32,000 bases of DNA from contig NZ_CP046577.1 in the NCBI RefSeq assembly GCF_013365435.1, positions 330,001 through 362,000 on the forward strand. Direction: 5' to 3'. Each line of letters starts with the position of its first letter. Position 1 is the first letter of the stretch. This document shows, piece after piece, positions 30,812-32,000 of the stretch. The translations under genes were made by a program, and so were the position numbers. A model generated the notes under the pieces. That model did no database searches. It saw nothing but the letters and a program-made list of their open reading frames with translations, and was not told where the DNA came from. The stretch is from Wolbachia endosymbiont of Litomosoides sigmodontis. GTDB taxonomy: Bacteria; Pseudomonadota; Alphaproteobacteria; Rickettsiales; Anaplasmataceae.

Positions 30812-31722
30812 CTATTACCTAAATAAAAAGATACTTAATTTACAAAAAACACTTACATAGCTTTATATTAGGAAAGCAAAAAAGTTAAATTTAATTCCAA
30901 TGCTTGTAATTACTTTCAGTATTTCATTATTAAAGTTAATATAAGGCAAGGCTTTAATAGCCTGGTTGCTCTTAAAGTGGAGTATGTTTTTTAGAGTAAT
31001 GTATAGATGTGATGTATTGAATGCAATTACTAGTTATTTTAAGGATTTTTTTGAAAAAGCAAAGCAACGAAAGCAGAAAAAATAACAATCAAACTATGGA
31101 TAATGGATGGGCTTATGAACTAGTAAAGAACATGTCTTTACAGATATCTGTTCTTTGATAGATAATTTATATATATTGCAGGATTTTATTTTTCGTGATG
31201 AGGAAGAACTAAAGGAGTATATCAGTTCTATGTACTGCCTGCTTTTATACGTCTCGAAGAAAAGATCAAAAAATGAAAGAAAGTTCTTCAGTAAAAACTT
31301 TACTGGCCAATCATATAAAATAACGCTTTATATAAAAATTAAATAATCTCGTTAAAAGTTTTAGCAAAATACTGATTATATCTGTTCTTAATCAAGAAAA
31401 TGGTGATAGGTTCTAGATTAGAAAATCTAGGCACAAAGTATGTTTTTTGGAATTTTTTAAAGGAAAACGAGCTTTAATACTATGTTGTCGAATTAAAAAA
31501 ACTCTAGGTGCCATATTTATGGCCTAATAACTGATACGGACTTTAAACAAATTCATTAAGAGTCAATGGTATTTCACAGAAGAGAAAAATGTTAATGAGT
31601 TGAAAATCTATTACAATAAAAAGTATGATATATACTCTCGTCGAGAAGGTAAAAAAGATATTATGGATTTTAAGATGGTGTATGTTATAAAGTAATAAGT
31701 AAGTGACTCATAAAAGATGAGT

Positions 31723-32000
31723 CTGGTTTTCATTGTTAATAAGTCAATAAATAGCATTGCAGAGCTGTTTCATTGCGGAGTGAGAATTAAAGAGGTAATA
31801 AATTTGCACGAAGCGCTCTCAAGTAAGGTAATCTATCGTAGACTTTATTGTGCAAAATGTTCTGTTTTATATAGAACTAAAGTCTCTCAATAGGATTGAG
31901 CTCAGGTGAGTGTGGCAGTATGTATATAATCTCTATGTTTTTAGATGCCTTTAAATTTTTCGACTTATGCTAATCTTGTTCTTAAATATTGTGACATTTG
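31723..32000 (-). mobile_element. IS630-like element, copy A8 (inverted; runs off the window)
   Basis: ..TTTTCATTGTTAATAAGTCAATAAATAGCATTGCAGAGCTG.. is collinear with the starts of A5 and A6a. Confidence 0.7.

Noticed and set aside
31155-31346. 63-aa ORF as a gene
   Set aside because: It has a TTG start with no ribosome-binding site, a Lys-rich low-complexity tail and neighbouring fragments in other frames. It is treated as part of a decayed region rather than a CDS.
3225-32000. Recurrent ~100-bp blocks (..GAGAGCACTTTGT..TTATTACCTCTC..CAATTAAACAACTCTGCAATG..) as a possible CRISPR-like or regulatory array
   Set aside because: The blocks occur kilobases apart, in both orientations, with 65-85% identity, and always as the 3' end of the IS-like element. 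There is no regular repeat-spacer periodicity and no cas genes.

Overview
AT-rich bacterial chromosomal segment. The protein set (GroES/GroEL, a CckA-type hybrid kinase, dispersed atp genes, a TrxR-like ferredoxin-NADP reductase, ExoD, HemF, PurA) looks like an Anaplasmataceae endosymbiont, most like Wolbachia. That is recognition-based inference, not a search result. The window holds 19 housekeeping CDS in short co-oriented modules: atpD-atpC-tal; fnr-pgk; ygfZ / groES-groEL; tatA-exoD-cysS-yqaA; cckA / hemF; atpG-pmbA-csp-DEAD helicase; purA. It also holds a partial permease gene at the left edge, tRNA-Arg(CCU), tRNA-Glu(UUC) and two clear intrinsic terminators. Nearly every spacer between modules is filled by decayed copies of one IS630/Tc1-mariner-like element (8 loci, about 6.5 kb, roughly one fifth of the window). 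Several copies sit in nested or inverted-pair arrangements. A second ~250-bp repeat lies 5' of two unrelated genes. Gene decay is visible: relics of an HlyD-type adaptor, an ABC ATPase and parA/soj, and cysS is split by a frameshift inside an A9 tract. tatA (55 aa) is absent from the ORF track. I found no CRISPR array, prophage, defence island, secretion or toxin cluster, and no convincing new multi-gene system. The most checkable oddities are the cysS poly(A) frameshift, the IS fossil architecture, the shared upstream repeat and twin palindromes at the groESL promoter.
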